NCBI GenBank assembly: GCA_964394685.1
Contig: CAYMYO010000002.1
Span: 98,148 to 162,147 of the forward strand
Source: an uncultured Gammaproteobacteria bacterium
Lineage (GTDB): Bacteria > Patescibacteriota > Microgenomatia > UBA10105 > UBA927
Direction of reading: 5' to 3'
Length of the DNA stretch: 64,000 bases
Positions within the stretch are counted from its first letter, which is position 1; each line of letters starts with the position of its first letter. The translations under genes were made by a program, and so were the position numbers. The notes beneath the pieces are model-generated. The model was given only the letters and a program-made list of their open reading frames with translations, searched no databases and was not told the DNA's origin. Shown piece after piece: positions 50,072 through 60,808 of the stretch.

Positions 50072-50099
50072 AACGACCGTTCCGAGGTCGTTTTTTTTA
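50072..50099 (+). terminator. terminator- or attenuator-like hairpin between rpsJ and rplC
   Basis: AACGACC gttccga GGTCGTT followed by a T8 run, read directly. Confidence 0.5.
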
Positions 50100-50108
50100 T
50101 TGGTACAT

Positions 50109-50729
50109 ATGAAAAGTTTACTTGGGTATAAAGGAAAGCAAACACAGACATTCACTGAAAGTGGAGAACGGATTCCTGTAACTCACATTACAGCTGGTCC
50201 GTGTTATATTACAGCACTTGATATAACACCAGCTTATACAAATATCCAAATTGGATTTGGAACCAAAACACAGAATACCAAAGCTGAAATTGGACACACG
50301 AAAAAAGCGGGGATTACACAAAAACTCCGCTTTTTACGTAGTATGAGGGTGACAACCATTCCTGAAGGATGGGTTGTCGGGAAAGAACTGGCAATTGGAG
50401 ATGTGTTTGCCATTGGAGATGTGATTCGAGTAACAGGAATATCAAAAGGAAAAGGATTTGCAGGGGTTGTCAAACGGCATGGATTTGCAGGCGGTCCAAA
50501 AACCCACGGTCAATCAGATAAAGAGAGGTCGCCGGGTTCTATTGGTGCAACAACGACACCGGGAAGGGTATTCAAAGGGAAGCGTATGGCAGGACGGATG
50601 GGGCAAGATACAGTCACTGTGAAAGGACTAAATGTCGTTGCAATTAATGAAGCAAATCACTTACTTATTGTCAAAGGTCTTGTACCGGGACCAAAAAATA
50701 CACTTATAATAATCGCAAAAGAAAACTAA
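50109..50729 (+). CDS. rplC: 50S ribosomal protein L3
   Basis: MKSLLGYKGKQTQTFTESGERIPVT...GKGFAGVVKRHGF. The ATG at 50109 is preferred over the track's TTG at 50100. Confidence 0.9.
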   Translation: MKSLLGYKGKQTQTFTESGERIPVTHITAGPCYITALDITPAYTNIQIGFGTKTQNTKAEIGHTKKAGITQKLRFLRSMRVTTIPEGWVVGKELAIGDVFAIGDVIRVTGISKGKGFAGVVKRHGFAGGPKTHGQSDKERSPGSIGATTTPGRVFKGKRMAGRMGQDTVTVKGLNVVAINEANHLLIVKGLVPGPKNTLIIIAKEN

Positions 50730-50730
50730 T

Positions 50731-51420
50731 ATGGCAACGATAAAAAAGACTACCAAAGTGAAAAAGACAACGTCTGTTAAAAAAGAGGATGTGTTAAGTG
50801 CGCCTTCTTATGCACCAACAGGGGAATCAGCTGGTATTGAAAAACTTCCCAAAGAAGTATTTGGTGTTCGTGTCAATCTTCAAATCATTGCACAAGCAGT
50901 GAGAGTATATAGAGCTAATCAACGAGAAGGATCGGCAACAACAAAAACTCGCGGTGAAGTAACAGGATCAACGAGAAAGATTTATAAACAAAAAGGGACG
51001 GGTCGAGCTCGTCATGGGAACATTCGGGCACCTATTTTTGTCGGCGGTGGAATTATTTTTGGACCTCAAATACGGGATTATTCAAAAAATTTGCCTCAAG
51101 CCATGCGAGCTCTCGCGCTAACAAGCGCGCTTTCGTATCAGCAAAAAGAGGGACGAATAGTGGTTGTCGAGAAAACAGATGGAGTAGAACCGAAGACATC
51201 TATCATTGCAAAGGGACTAGTGAGGATGGGAGTTATTAAACCTGTGCTTATTATTGTCCATGACCCACATAGTCCGTTTGTCAAAGCAATTCGAAATATT
51301 GAAAAAGTGACATTTGTTCCAGCGTCTCAAGTAACAACGTATGATATTGTAACTCACAAAACAATTTGTTTGACGAAAGAATCTGTAGAAATAGTATCGC
51401 GCCGCGTCAAACGCGGTTAA
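50731..51420 (+). CDS. rplD: 50S ribosomal protein L4
   Basis: YKQKGTGRARHG...PIFVGGGIIFGP. Confidence 0.9.
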   Translation: MATIKKTTKVKKTTSVKKEDVLSAPSYAPTGESAGIEKLPKEVFGVRVNLQIIAQAVRVYRANQREGSATTKTRGEVTGSTRKIYKQKGTGRARHGNIRAPIFVGGGIIFGPQIRDYSKNLPQAMRALALTSALSYQQKEGRIVVVEKTDGVEPKTSIIAKGLVRMGVIKPVLIIVHDPHSPFVKAIRNIEKVTFVPASQVTTYDIVTHKTICLTKESVEIVSRRVKRG

Positions 51421-51423
51421 TAT

Positions 51424-51726
51424 ATGAACTCGCCAATTTTAATTCGACCATATATAACAGAAAAAACAATGCAACTTGCCCAAACCAATTGGTTTAGTTT
51501 TGTTGTCGCCTTGTATGCAAATAAAGCACAAATAGCTGGGGAAGTTGCACATATGTATAAGGTAACAGTCATTGGTGTTAGGACAAGTGTGGTAACCGGA
51601 AAAATGAAAAGGACAGGGAAGAGACAGCAACCAACTCAAAAACCAACATGGAAAAAAGCAATGGTACAGCTTAAAAACGGTCAAACGATTGATGCATTTC
51701 AAATCGGCGAACAGGAAAAAAAGTAA
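51424..51726 (+). CDS. rplW: 50S ribosomal protein L23
   Basis: 100 aa with the L23 fold and in the conserved position. Confidence 0.85.
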   Translation: MNSPILIRPYITEKTMQLAQTNWFSFVVALYANKAQIAGEVAHMYKVTVIGVRTSVVTGKMKRTGKRQQPTQKPTWKKAMVQLKNGQTIDAFQIGEQEKK

Positions 51727-51732
51727 TCCCGC

Positions 51733-52515
51733 ATGGCGGGACTAGCGCATATGAATAAACAACAGACAAAGAAAACAAAACGATTATTGACCATCCTACC
51801 GAAACAAAGCGGTCGGGATGTTGCTGGTCATGTGGCTGTTCGTCATCAAGGCGGACGACATAAACGCATGTATCGGGAGATTGATTGGATGCGTACCAAA
51901 GACGCAATTGCAGCAACTGTGCTTGCTATTGAATACGATCCAAATAGAAGCGCAGATATTGCGCTCCTTCAATATAAAGATGGAGAGAAAAGGTATATTA
52001 TTGCTCCTGTCGGACTGAAAGTTGGATCAACGGTGGTAAGCGGCGAAGTGGTTGATGCGGTAGTTGGAAATACTATGCCGCTTGGAAATATCCCAATTGG
52101 AACGCTCATTCATAATATTGAAATTAAACCTGGGTGTGGGGCTCAGATGATCAGGTCAGCCGGATCATTTGCGACAGTTCTCGCCCGCGATGGAAACATC
52201 GTGCAAATTAAACTTCCGTCAGGAGAAACTCGATTATTTTCCGTTTTATGCAGAGCAACCGTCGGACAAATTGGGAATGTTGAATGGAAAAATAGAGTCA
52301 TTGGAAAAGCAGGTCGGTCACGACATATGGGTATTAGGCCAACAGTGAGAGGTGTAGCTCAAAATCCCAGGTCTCATCCACACGGAGGAGGAGAGGGGCG
52401 AAGTGGCATTGGTATGCCATCACCAAAAAGTCCATGGGGTAAAAAGACCCTTGGGAAAAAGACACGAAAACGTGTAAAATACAGCGATCGGTTTATAGCA
52501 AGCCGAAAAAAGTAA
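51733..52515 (+). CDS. rplB: 50S ribosomal protein L2
   Basis: [17 protein letters not shown]...[13 protein letters not shown]...[17 protein letters not shown]. The start could instead be the second ATG at 51751. Confidence 0.9.
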   Translation: MAGLAHMNKQQTKKTKRLLTILPKQSGRDVAGHVAVRHQGGRHKRMYREIDWMRTKDAIAATVLAIEYDPNRSADIALLQYKDGEKRYIIAPVGLKVGSTVVSGEVVDAVVGNTMPLGNIPIGTLIHNIEIKPGCGAQMIRSAGSFATVLARDGNIVQIKLPSGETRLFSVLCRATVGQIGNVEWKNRVIGKAGRSRHMGIRPTVRGVAQNPRSHPHGGGEGRSGIGMPSPKSPWGKKTLGKKTRKRVKYSDRFIASRKK

Positions 52516-52524
52516 GGAGCAATT

Positions 52525-52809
52525 ATGGCACGATCAAGCAAAAAAGGACCATATATAGATAAACGGATACTTATTAAAGTGAATAAGCAAAAAGCTGGCG
52601 GTGATCGCACACCGATTAAAACATGGAGTCGTGCGTGTCAGATTCCTCCGGAATTTGTGGGCGTTACATTTGCAGTTCATAACGGTCACATATTTAACGA
52701 AGTATTTGTGAATGAATCCATGGTAGGACATCGGCTGGGAGAATTTTCTCCAACGCGGACATTTCGAGGTCACGGGCAAGTAACAAAACGAACAATGGAT
52801 AAAACATAA
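52525..52809 (+). CDS. rpsS: 30S ribosomal protein S19
   Basis: [11 protein letters not shown]...[23 protein letters not shown]. Confidence 0.9.
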   Translation: MARSSKKGPYIDKRILIKVNKQKAGGDRTPIKTWSRACQIPPEFVGVTFAVHNGHIFNEVFVNESMVGHRLGEFSPTRTFRGHGQVTKRTMDKT

Positions 52810-52810
52810 T

Positions 52811-53170
52811 ATGGAATTTCAAGCAACGACTAAATACATTCGAACAAGTACGCGGAAAGTGCGTCTTATTACTGATGCAATCCGTGGGATTCGCGCTGAC
52901 AAAGCGATAGCTATCCTCACAATGACGCCAAAAGCAGCAACACAACCAGTACTAAAAACATTACTCAGCGTTATAGCGAATGCAAAAAAAACAGTTGCAG
53001 ACGCTCATACCTTGGTCATAACTAAAATTGAAGTTTCAGGCGGACCGGTCATGAAAAGGTTTCATGCGGTATCACGGGGAATGGCGCATGCATACAAGAA
53101 ACGAATGACACATCTGAAGATTGTTGTAGAAGAAAAAGGCCTGCCTGCCGGCAAGGCAGGAGAGAAATAA
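52811..53170 (+). CDS. rplV: 50S ribosomal protein L22
   Basis: RTSTRKVRLITDAIRG. Confidence 0.9.
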   Translation: MEFQATTKYIRTSTRKVRLITDAIRGIRADKAIAILTMTPKAATQPVLKTLLSVIANAKKTVADAHTLVITKIEVSGGPVMKRFHAVSRGMAHAYKKRMTHLKIVVEEKGLPAGKAGEK

Positions 53171-53173
53171 CCT

Positions 53174-53851
53174 ATGGGACAAAAAATTAATCCAAAAGGT
53201 TTTCGGATAGGAACAGTGTTTACCTGGTCCTCCCGATGGTTTGCTGATAAGAAGCACTATAAAGAATTCTTATTTGAAGACGTCGATCTTAGGAAATTTA
53301 TCTTTAAACGTCTCAAAACCGCAGGACTTGAACAAGTTGATATTGAGCGCTCTATTAATAAGATGAAAATTACGCTTCATGTGTCACGACCGGGACTCGT
53401 CATCGGACGGGGTGGAAGCGGATTGGAAGAGTCAAAAAAAGCAATTGAAAAATTTTTACGCGAGTGGGAACAAACACGGGCAACAAACTTGCAAAAGAAA
53501 CATGCAGGAGATACAGGAAAATCTAAAATCGAAATTGCTGTTGAGCCGGTCAAAGAACCGAATTTAAGCGCATATTTGGTTGCTACCACCATAGCTGACC
53601 AACTGGCACGGAGAATTCCGCATAAACGGGCGTGCAACCAAGCGCTTGAACGCGTGATGGGAGCAGGAGCACGGGGAATTAAAATTGCACTATCAGGTCG
53701 TATCGCAGGAGCAGAAATTGCACGGCACGAAAAGTTTGGTGTAGGAACAGTGCCGCTTTCAACAATACGGGAAAATATTGATTTTGCAGCAGTACCGTCA
53801 CTCACGAAATCCGGATATATCGGAGTAAAAGTGTGGATTTGTAAAAAATAA
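53174..53851 (+). CDS. rpsC: 30S ribosomal protein S3
   Basis: GQKINPKGFRIG, the KH domain, and GAEIAR. Confidence 0.9.
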   Translation: MGQKINPKGFRIGTVFTWSSRWFADKKHYKEFLFEDVDLRKFIFKRLKTAGLEQVDIERSINKMKITLHVSRPGLVIGRGGSGLEESKKAIEKFLREWEQTRATNLQKKHAGDTGKSKIEIAVEPVKEPNLSAYLVATTIADQLARRIPHKRACNQALERVMGAGARGIKIALSGRIAGAEIARHEKFGVGTVPLSTIRENIDFAAVPSLTKSGYIGVKVWICKK

Positions 53852-53854
53852 CAT

Positions 53855-54262
53855 ATGTTAATGCCGAGACGCGCCAAACATAGAAAATCATTCCGGGGGA
53901 AACGAACCGGGATTGCAACGCGGGGAGTGAATATTGATTTTGGAGAATTTGGATTAAAAGCGATGACGTGTGGATGGGTTTCGAGTAGGCAGATAGAAGC
54001 GGCACGTCGAGCACTCACCCATTATGTGAAACGCGGAGGAAGAATTTGGATCCGTATATTTCCGGATAAACCAGTGACGAGAAAACCGCCGGAAACCAGA
54101 ATGGGAAGCGGAAAAGGAGATATTCATGAGTATGTTGCAGTAGTTCGCCCGGGGCGGATTTTGTTTGAAATGGGCGGAATATCTGAAGCAGATGCTCGAG
54201 AAGCAATGCGTTTAGGAGCAGCGAAGTTACCTGTTCGAACACGATTTATGATAAAGGAATAA
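53855..54262 (+). CDS. rplP: 50S ribosomal protein L16
   Basis: [16 protein letters not shown]. Confidence 0.9.
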   Translation: MLMPRRAKHRKSFRGKRTGIATRGVNIDFGEFGLKAMTCGWVSSRQIEAARRALTHYVKRGGRIWIRIFPDKPVTRKPPETRMGSGKGDIHEYVAVVRPGRILFEMGGISEADAREAMRLGAAKLPVRTRFMIKE

Positions 54263-54263
54263 T

Positions 54264-54473
54264 ATGAAACGAAAAGATAAAATACAAATACACAGTATGA
54301 ATGTCGCTGAACTAACGAGTCAGTTATTGACAATTGGAGAACAAATAAAAAAAATGAACATGGAACGATTGACCAAACCGGCAAAAAATGTTCACGAAAT
54401 AACAACGCTCAAACGAAAAGTAGCTATTATGAAAACTATCGTAAGTCAAAAAAATCAAGGAGAGGCAGTATGA
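54264..54473 (+). CDS. rpmC: 50S ribosomal protein L29
   Basis: 69 aa, helical, in the conserved position between L16 and S17. Confidence 0.8.
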   Translation: MKRKDKIQIHSMNVAELTSQLLTIGEQIKKMNMERLTKPAKNVHEITTLKRKVAIMKTIVSQKNQGEAV

Positions 54474-54727
54474 CAACTATTCGTAAAGGAAAAACATTTA
54501 CAGGTATTGTGGCACACGTGGGAGAATTCAAAACAATCACTGTTGAGGTAGTTCAGATTACCCGTCATCCACTGTATCGAAAAACCATGCGCAGCACGAA
54601 ACGATTTCTTGTTCATTACGAGGGAACAGCATTAAAAGTTGGCGATCATGTCACGATTGTTGAAACCCGACCAATAAGTAGACTCAAACGATTTATGGTT
54701 TTTGAAGGAAAAGGAAAAATACTATGA
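54470..54727 (+). CDS. rpsQ: 30S ribosomal protein S17
   Basis: GIVAHVGEFKTITVEV...HPLYRK. Confidence 0.85.
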   Translation: MTTIRKGKTFTGIVAHVGEFKTITVEVVQITRHPLYRKTMRSTKRFLVHYEGTALKVGDHVTIVETRPISRLKRFMVFEGKGKIL

Positions 54728-55092
54728 TTCAGAGACGTACAAAATTAGTTCCGGCAGATAATAGTGGAGTGCAGTGGATGACAGTCCTCCATATTTATGG
54801 TGCATCAAAACGAAATACCGCCACTCTTGGAGATATTGTGCAGTGTGTTGTGAAAAAAGCAGATCCAACAGGAATAGTAAAAGATGATGAGCTCATAAAA
54901 GTTGTTATTGTTCGAACTCACAAAGAATATAGACGGAAAGACGGTTCATATATCCGGTTTGACGACAACGCAGGTGTTGTCATCGACCTAGATGAGAACC
55001 CACGGGGAACACGCATCTTTGGTCCAATAGCGCGTGAGATAAAAGAAAGAGGATTTGATAAAATAGCCAGCATGGCATTGGAGATGTATTAA
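54724..55092 (+). CDS. rplN: 50S ribosomal protein L14
   Basis: MIQRRTKLVPADNSGV. Confidence 0.9.
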   Translation: MIQRRTKLVPADNSGVQWMTVLHIYGASKRNTATLGDIVQCVVKKADPTGIVKDDELIKVVIVRTHKEYRRKDGSYIRFDDNAGVVIDLDENPRGTRIFGPIAREIKERGFDKIASMALEMY

Positions 55093-55093
55093 T

Positions 55094-55399
55094 ATGAAAT
55101 TTCATAAAGCTGACGAAATCATCGTAACAATAGGGAAAGATAAAGGACGCAAAGGGAAAATTGAAGAAGTGTTTCCGGGCGACAGCACCGTTCGTGTAGT
55201 TGGGATCAATATGTATAAACGGCATATGAAGCGTCGGGATGATAAGCATCCCGGAGGAATCATCGAAAAACAACGGCCGATATCAGTTGGAAAAATCGCG
55301 CTTGTCTGTCCAAAATGCGGGAAACCAACACGTATCGGATATAGCGTGACAGCGAAAGAGAAATACCGTATCTGTAAAAAATGTGAAGCAAAATTATAA
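55094..55399 (+). CDS. rplX: 50S ribosomal protein L24
   Basis: A KOW motif GDEIIVTIGKDKGRKGKI. Confidence 0.85.
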   Translation: MKFHKADEIIVTIGKDKGRKGKIEEVFPGDSTVRVVGINMYKRHMKRRDDKHPGGIIEKQRPISVGKIALVCPKCGKPTRIGYSVTAKEKYRICKKCEAKL

Positions 55400-55402
55400 C
55401 GT

Positions 55403-55918
55403 ATGACAGAAATAGAAAAAAAACTTATGGATGAACTTGGCATTAAAAACCGTATGGCAGTGCCAAAGCTGATCAAAATTGTGATTAATTGCAGTTTGGG
55501 AGAAGCAATTACTGACAAGAAAGTCATGGAAAAGATGGCGGTGCAGCTGGCAGCTATTACCGGTCTCCATCCAGTGACAACAAAAGCCAAAAAAGCAATA
55601 TCAGCGTTTAAACTTCGGGAAGGTGATGCAATCGGATTAAAAGTGACACTTCGGGCGAAACGCATGAATGATTTTCTGACAAGACTGACGGGTGTTGCTC
55701 TTCCGCGGGTACGGGATTTTCGTGGAGTTCCGAACAAAGGATTTGATGGAAATGGAAATTATACCTTAGGCATTGCAGAACAAACTATTTTTCCGGATTT
55801 AGACTATGGGTTAGTAGATAAAGTACGTGGTTTTGAAGCCACATTTGTAACAAGTGCGCAAACGGATGATCAGGCAAAAGCGCTCCTTACACTTTTAGGA
55901 TTGCCGTTTGAAAAATAA
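55403..55918 (+). CDS. rplE: 50S ribosomal protein L5
   Basis: [20 protein letters not shown]...GNYTLGI. Confidence 0.9.
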   Translation: MTEIEKKLMDELGIKNRMAVPKLIKIVINCSLGEAITDKKVMEKMAVQLAAITGLHPVTTKAKKAISAFKLREGDAIGLKVTLRAKRMNDFLTRLTGVALPRVRDFRGVPNKGFDGNGNYTLGIAEQTIFPDLDYGLVDKVRGFEATFVTSAQTDDQAKALLTLLGLPFEK

Positions 55919-55922
55919 TTTT

Positions 55923-56108
55923 ATGGCAAAAACATCTGATGTGGTGAAATTTAATAAAAAGCAGAAATTTGCGGTCCGACATAAAAACCGGTGTAATCTC
56001 TGTGGACGGTCAAGAGCGTACATGCGTAAATTCGGTGTGTGCAGAATTTGTTTTCGGTCTTTGGCACATAAAGGTGAATTGCCGGGGGTGGTAAAAGCAT
56101 CATGGTAA
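55923..56108 (+). CDS. rpsN: 30S ribosomal protein S14, type Z (zinc-binding short form)
   Basis: 61 aa with CNLCGR...CRICFR, a CxxC...CxxC pair. Confidence 0.85.
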   Translation: MAKTSDVVKFNKKQKFAVRHKNRCNLCGRSRAYMRKFGVCRICFRSLAHKGELPGVVKASW

Positions 56109-56120
56109 AGGGAGCACTAT

Positions 56121-56513
56121 ATGGTAAATGATCCAATTGGAGACATGTTAATTCAAATAAAAAATGCACAAGCAGCAAGGCGTAAGTCGCTTGAGATTCC
56201 GTATTCCGGCATGAAATACGCTCTTGCGACCATACTCGTGAAAGAACGGTACATTGAAGAAGTGAAAAAAGTCGGAGATAATCCGAAATACCGGTTGCAT
56301 ATTATGCTTCGTTATGACAATGGAAATCCGGCAATTACCGATGTGAAACGTATCAGTAAACCAGGGCTTCGTTGGTATATCGATAAAGGAGCCATACCGA
56401 TAGTTGTTGGCGGCATGGGAACGGCAATTATTTCTACGTCTAAAGGAATGATGACCGGAAGAGAAGCAAAGCGTATTGGAATCGGTGGGGAATTATTGTG
56501 TGAAATTTGGTAA
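56121..56513 (+). CDS. rpsH: 30S ribosomal protein S8
   Basis: DPIGDMLIQIKNAQ. Confidence 0.9.
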   Translation: MVNDPIGDMLIQIKNAQAARRKSLEIPYSGMKYALATILVKERYIEEVKKVGDNPKYRLHIMLRYDNGNPAITDVKRISKPGLRWYIDKGAIPIVVGGMGTAIISTSKGMMTGREAKRIGIGGELLCEIW

Positions 56514-56518
56514 AAAAT

Positions 56519-57088
56519 ATGTCACGGATAGGAAAAACACCAATTGAAATACCGCAAGGAGTAACCATTACCAAAGATGGAAGTGAACTTGTGGTGAAAG
56601 GGCCAAAAGGAGAATTGCGGGGTCCGCTTCCTGATGGCGTTGATATGACGATAGTTGGATCTGTATGTACGATAACATGCATTAAAACAGACACAAAACA
56701 TCTCGCACTTCACGGATTTACCCGCGCAACTCTTTCTAATATGGTCAAAGGAGTGACAGTCGGATGGACGCGGACGCTCGAACTAGCTGGAGTCGGGTTT
56801 CGGGCAACGGTGACAAATATGAATGTGGTTCTTACGGTAGGATTTTCTCATGAAGTAACGATTGCTCCACCAACTGGAATTGCATTTACAGTTACTGAAG
56901 GGAAAATTATTGTATCTGGCATTGATAAGCAGCTCGTTGGTCAGGTAGCAGCAAATATTAGAAATGTGAAAAAGCCTGAGCCATACAAAGGAAAAGGGAT
57001 TAAATATCAAGGAGAACATATCAGGAAAAAAGCCGGAAAATCAGCCAAAGCAATTGGCGGAGCAGCAAGTGCTGGAGCGGCGAAATAA
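56519..57088 (+). CDS. rplF: 50S ribosomal protein L6
   Basis: MSRIGKTPIEIPQGV, a two-domain L6. Confidence 0.9.
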   Translation: MSRIGKTPIEIPQGVTITKDGSELVVKGPKGELRGPLPDGVDMTIVGSVCTITCIKTDTKHLALHGFTRATLSNMVKGVTVGWTRTLELAGVGFRATVTNMNVVLTVGFSHEVTIAPPTGIAFTVTEGKIIVSGIDKQLVGQVAANIRNVKKPEPYKGKGIKYQGEHIRKKAGKSAKAIGGAASAGAAK

Positions 57089-57101
57089 AGGATGAAGACA
57101 T

Positions 57102-57440
57102 ATGATAACACGTATATCTAAAAAAACTATTCATAATAAACGGGTTGCCAGAATTCGGGCAAAAGTTCGGGGGACGGCCAATCGTCCACGACTATCCGTA
57201 TTTCGGTCAAATGTGGCCTTAACGATTCAAGTCATCGATGATGTTGCGAAGAAAACATTGTATACATTTCGTGCGGCCGGAAAAAATGCAGCTGCGGCAA
57301 AAACAATTGGAGAGAAGGTTATTGTATTTGCGAAAAAAAATCACATCACAACACTTGTTTTTGATCGCGGAGGGTATAAATATCACGGAGTTATTAAGAC
57401 AATTGCCGACTCAGTGCGTGAAGGGGGTATAACGATATGA
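57102..57440 (+). CDS. rplR: 50S ribosomal protein L18
   Basis: RLSVFRSN...[11 protein letters not shown]. Confidence 0.85.
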   Translation: MITRISKKTIHNKRVARIRAKVRGTANRPRLSVFRSNVALTIQVIDDVAKKTLYTFRAAGKNAAAAKTIGEKVIVFAKKNHITTLVFDRGGYKYHGVIKTIADSVREGGITI

Positions 57441-57904
57441 TAGACACACGTAAAGTCCCATCAGAATTTGAAGAAAAAGTTGTTCAGGTTAACCGCGTTT
57501 CCAAAAAAACAAAAGGCGGAAATAAAATAGGATTTTCAGTTCTTGTTGTCGTTGGTGATAAAAAGGGAAAAGTGGGGGTAGGTTTAGGCGGTGCTCCCGA
57601 CGTGTCATCGGCCGTAAAAAAAGCAGTCAGTTATGCAAAAAAACATATGATTGTTGTTCCTATGCACAAAAAAACTATTCCTCATGAAGTGTTTGTGAAA
57701 CGGGGAGCAGCACAAGTATTGATTAAACCCGCGCCTCCCGGAACAGGAGTTATTGCGGGAGGTGCAGTTCGGGCCGTTGTTGAAGCAGCAGGGATAAGAG
57801 ATGTAGTATCAAAAATTCTTGGAAGCAAAAATCAAGCATCTAATGTCTATGCTACGATGGAAGCACTCAAAAAATTACACGCAGTTCATATCCGTCATGA
57901 CTAA
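57437..57904 (+). CDS. rpsE: 30S ribosomal protein S5
   Basis: [14 protein letters not shown]...[12 protein letters not shown]. Confidence 0.9.
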   Translation: MIDTRKVPSEFEEKVVQVNRVSKKTKGGNKIGFSVLVVVGDKKGKVGVGLGGAPDVSSAVKKAVSYAKKHMIVVPMHKKTIPHEVFVKRGAAQVLIKPAPPGTGVIAGGAVRAVVEAAGIRDVVSKILGSKNQASNVYATMEALKKLHAVHIRHD

Positions 57905-57908
57905 AAAT

Positions 57909-58331
57909 ATGAAATTACCAAAGCTCGTTCAAACAACCAAAAAACGATTAGGAAGAGGACATGGGTCCGGACGTGTGAAAACGAGTGGGCGGGGAACAAA
58001 AGGACAAAATGCACGGGGACATGTGCGGATGGGATTTGAAGGAGGACAACTTGCGCTTACCAAACGCCTTCCATTTTTGCGAGGAAAAAAGCGAAATAAA
58101 TCCTTAGTAGATAAACCAATGCTCCTCTATGTAGGAAGTCTTGATCAATTTCCAGCAAACGCAATCATTGATAAGGCATTTCTTATTAAGCACGATGTAA
58201 TTGTGTCTGTTACGACACGCGTGAAAGTAGTGGGCAAAGCGGCTCTTGTTCATGCATACACTGTGCATATTCCTTGTTCAAAACAAAGCGCTGCTGCAAT
58301 AACCAAAGCTGGCGGAAAAGTGATACAGTGA
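57909..58331 (+). CDS. rplO: 50S ribosomal protein L15
   Basis: [27 protein letters not shown]. It follows rpsE directly, with no rpmD in between. Confidence 0.85.
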   Translation: MKLPKLVQTTKKRLGRGHGSGRVKTSGRGTKGQNARGHVRMGFEGGQLALTKRLPFLRGKKRNKSLVDKPMLLYVGSLDQFPANAIIDKAFLIKHDVIVSVTTRVKVVGKAALVHAYTVHIPCSKQSAAAITKAGGKVIQ

Positions 58332-58335
58332 TATC

Positions 58336-59625
58336 ATGAACACCATACTGTCACCAATTATTTCTAGTTGGAAAACACCGGAGTTACGGCGCAAAATTCT
58401 TCTTACTGCGATGCTCTTTGTACTCTTTCGTTTATTTGCTCATATTCCTATTCCCGGAGTGGATACCAATAAACTCGCTGCACTTTTTGCACAAAATCAA
58501 TTTTTGGCTCTTCTTGATGTTTTTTCCGGAGGAACGCTTGTGAATTTTTCCATTCTTGCCTTAGGAATTAATCCATATATCAACGCCTCGATTATTTTAC
58601 AGTTACTTCAAATAGTACTGCCGAAATTAGAAGAACTGCAGAAAGAAGGGGAATACGGAAGAGAAAAAATTAATCAATATACACGGCTTCTCACTATTCC
58701 TCTTGCTACTGTTCAGGCAATTGGTATGTTTGCACTACTTAAAAATCAAGGCATTGTATCAGCTGTTGATCCGTTAACATTCATTACCATTATTTGTACG
58801 ATGACAGCGGGAACAGTCTTGGTTATGTGGTTTGGGGAGCTCATTACTGAATACGGAATTGGCAACGGAATATCACTACTTATATTTGCAGGTATCGTTG
58901 GTCGGATGCCTGTTGTCTTTGGTCAAGCATTCACAGCAGCAACTGCTGAATCAGTGACCAATTTGCTGCTTTTATTAGGTCTTGGGCTTGCCGTTATTGC
59001 TGCAACAGTGGTGGTCAATGAAGCAGTACGGAAAGTAACTGTTCAATACGCGCGCCGAATTCGGGGAAATAAGATGTATGGAGGAGGCGCTTCGTTTTTA
59101 CCGCTTCGGGTTAATCAAGCAGGAGTCATCCCAATCATCTTTGCCGTGTCACTTGTGTTACTTCCGTCACTTCTCGGAGGATTTTTAGCACAAGTAAAAA
59201 GTCCTCTGCTCGTGTCGTTTGGGCATGGTCTCACGTATCTCTTTAATCCCAACGGTGTTTTTTACAATCTGTTCTATTTTTTCCTTGTTATTGGATTTAC
59301 GTATTTCTATACCGCAATTACGTTTAATCCAACAAAAATTGCAGGAGAAATCCAAAAGTATGGCGGGTTTATCCCCGGAATTCGTCCCGGGGCACCAACA
59401 GCGTCGTATTTAAATTATATTTTAACCCGTATTACCCTTGCTGGTGCGTTATTTTTGGGTTGTATTGCAATTTTACCATCGCTTGCCCGCGGAATAACCG
59501 GCATGACCACACTTCTTATTGGTGGAACAAGCATTCTCATCGTTGTATCCGTGGTGCTTGAAACAGTAAAAACATTAGAAGCGCAGCTTGTCATGCGCAA
59601 CTATGAAGGATTTTTAAAGGAATAA
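58336..59625 (+). CDS. secY: preprotein translocase subunit SecY
   Basis: 10 TM helices and conserved SecY segments ([22 protein letters not shown]). Confidence 0.9.
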   Translation: MNTILSPIISSWKTPELRRKILLTAMLFVLFRLFAHIPIPGVDTNKLAALFAQNQFLALLDVFSGGTLVNFSILALGINPYINASIILQLLQIVLPKLEELQKEGEYGREKINQYTRLLTIPLATVQAIGMFALLKNQGIVSAVDPLTFITIICTMTAGTVLVMWFGELITEYGIGNGISLLIFAGIVGRMPVVFGQAFTAATAESVTNLLLLLGLGLAVIAATVVVNEAVRKVTVQYARRIRGNKMYGGGASFLPLRVNQAGVIPIIFAVSLVLLPSLLGGFLAQVKSPLLVSFGHGLTYLFNPNGVFYNLFYFFLVIGFTYFYTAITFNPTKIAGEIQKYGGFIPGIRPGAPTASYLNYILTRITLAGALFLGCIAILPSLARGITGMTTLLIGGTSILIVVSVVLETVKTLEAQLVMRNYEGFLKE

Positions 59626-59637
59626 GGAGGAGAAGAT

Positions 59638-60240
59638 ATGCATATTGTATTTTATGGCCCGGAAGGATCAGGAAAAGGAACACAAGCAAAATTACTCGCA
59701 GACAAATTGCATTGTCCGATCTTAACCAGCGGCGATTTGGTCCGTGATGCGGCAACGAATGATAAAGGTATTATTGGAGAAGTATGTCGGGAAGCGGTAA
59801 CAGAAGGAAAATATGTAGCAAATAGTGAAATGGAAGTATTGTGGAAATGGAGACTTAAGGAAGATGATGCAAAAGGCGCATGGATTATGGACGGATTTCC
59901 AAGAAATGTAGAACAATCTAAATTCTTAGACGACAAGATCGATAAGTATGGATATAAAGTTGAATTTGTGATATTTCTTAAACTTTCTGAAGATGTATCG
60001 TATGAGCGGCTTATTAAACGAGGCAGACCTACATATCCGGGAAGCACTGAACTTCACGATTCACCCCAGCGGATAAAAAGCAGACTTGCAATATATATAG
60101 AAAGTGAACAAGCGGTCCTTGATTACTACAAAACAACAGGGGTACAACTTGTTGAAATTGATGCAAATAAAAGTATCGAAGCGGTGCATAACGACATCAT
60201 GAAGTACATTGATGCGTATAAAAACGCAAATGAAAAATAA
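59638..60240 (+). CDS. adk: adenylate kinase
   Basis: P-loop GPEGSGKGTQ, NMP-binding LTSGDLVR, and DGFPRN. Confidence 0.85.
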   Translation: MHIVFYGPEGSGKGTQAKLLADKLHCPILTSGDLVRDAATNDKGIIGEVCREAVTEGKYVANSEMEVLWKWRLKEDDAKGAWIMDGFPRNVEQSKFLDDKIDKYGYKVEFVIFLKLSEDVSYERLIKRGRPTYPGSTELHDSPQRIKSRLAIYIESEQAVLDYYKTTGVQLVEIDANKSIEAVHNDIMKYIDAYKNANEK

Positions 60241-60808
60241 TCCTTGTATTATTGGACTTGTAGGACTTCCCGGCGCGGGGAAGACAACGGTAACGGAATT
60301 TTTGGAAAAACACGGGTTTGTCCGCGTTATTCTTTCAGATATTATCCGTGATGAACTAAAACAAAAAGGGATTGTAGAACCTTCACGAGAAATACTTCAA
60401 AACACAGGAAATGAAATGCGAAGAATGTATGGTTCGGATGTACTTGCAAAACGCGCAATCAAACAGCTCCGAAGTATGGGGGGGGATAAATTCGTTATTG
60501 ATGGTATACGGAATGTATCGGAAATTACATATTTGAAAAAACAAAATCACCTTTTACTTATTGGTATTCAAGCAGTAGCACGAGTGAGGTTTATGAGATT
60601 AAAAACAAGAAAACTCAACCCATTAACAAACTCATACCAAGAATTTCTTCTCCAAGCGAGACGTGAGAATAAACTTGGTGCAAATACAACAGGGCTTCGA
60701 GTCATTGATTGCTTAAAACAATGTCAAACAATATTGGTTAATTCGAAAACAGTACCAATGTTTGAGAAACAGTTACATGCGTTTCTTGCAAAGAATGGCA
60801 TAGTATGA
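60230..60808 (+). CDS. P-loop nucleotide/NMP kinase-like protein (AAA_17/18-type)
   Basis: Walker A GLVGLPGAGKTTV and FVIDGIRN; no LID domain. It overlaps the adk stop. Confidence 0.5.
   Translation: MKNNPCIIGLVGLPGAGKTTVTEFLEKHGFVRVILSDIIRDELKQKGIVEPSREILQNTGNEMRRMYGSDVLAKRAIKQLRSMGGDKFVIDGIRNVSEITYLKKQNHLLLIGIQAVARVRFMRLKTRKLNPLTNSYQEFLLQARRENKLGANTTGLRVIDCLKQCQTILVNSKTVPMFEKQLHAFLAKNGIV

Noticed and set aside
51727-51755. CCCGC-ATG-GCGGG at the annotated rplB start, with the ATG in the loop, as a regulatory hairpin.
   Set aside because: A 3-nt loop is sterically marginal. It is more likely a chance GC-rich context, and the true rplB start may simply be the second ATG at 51751.
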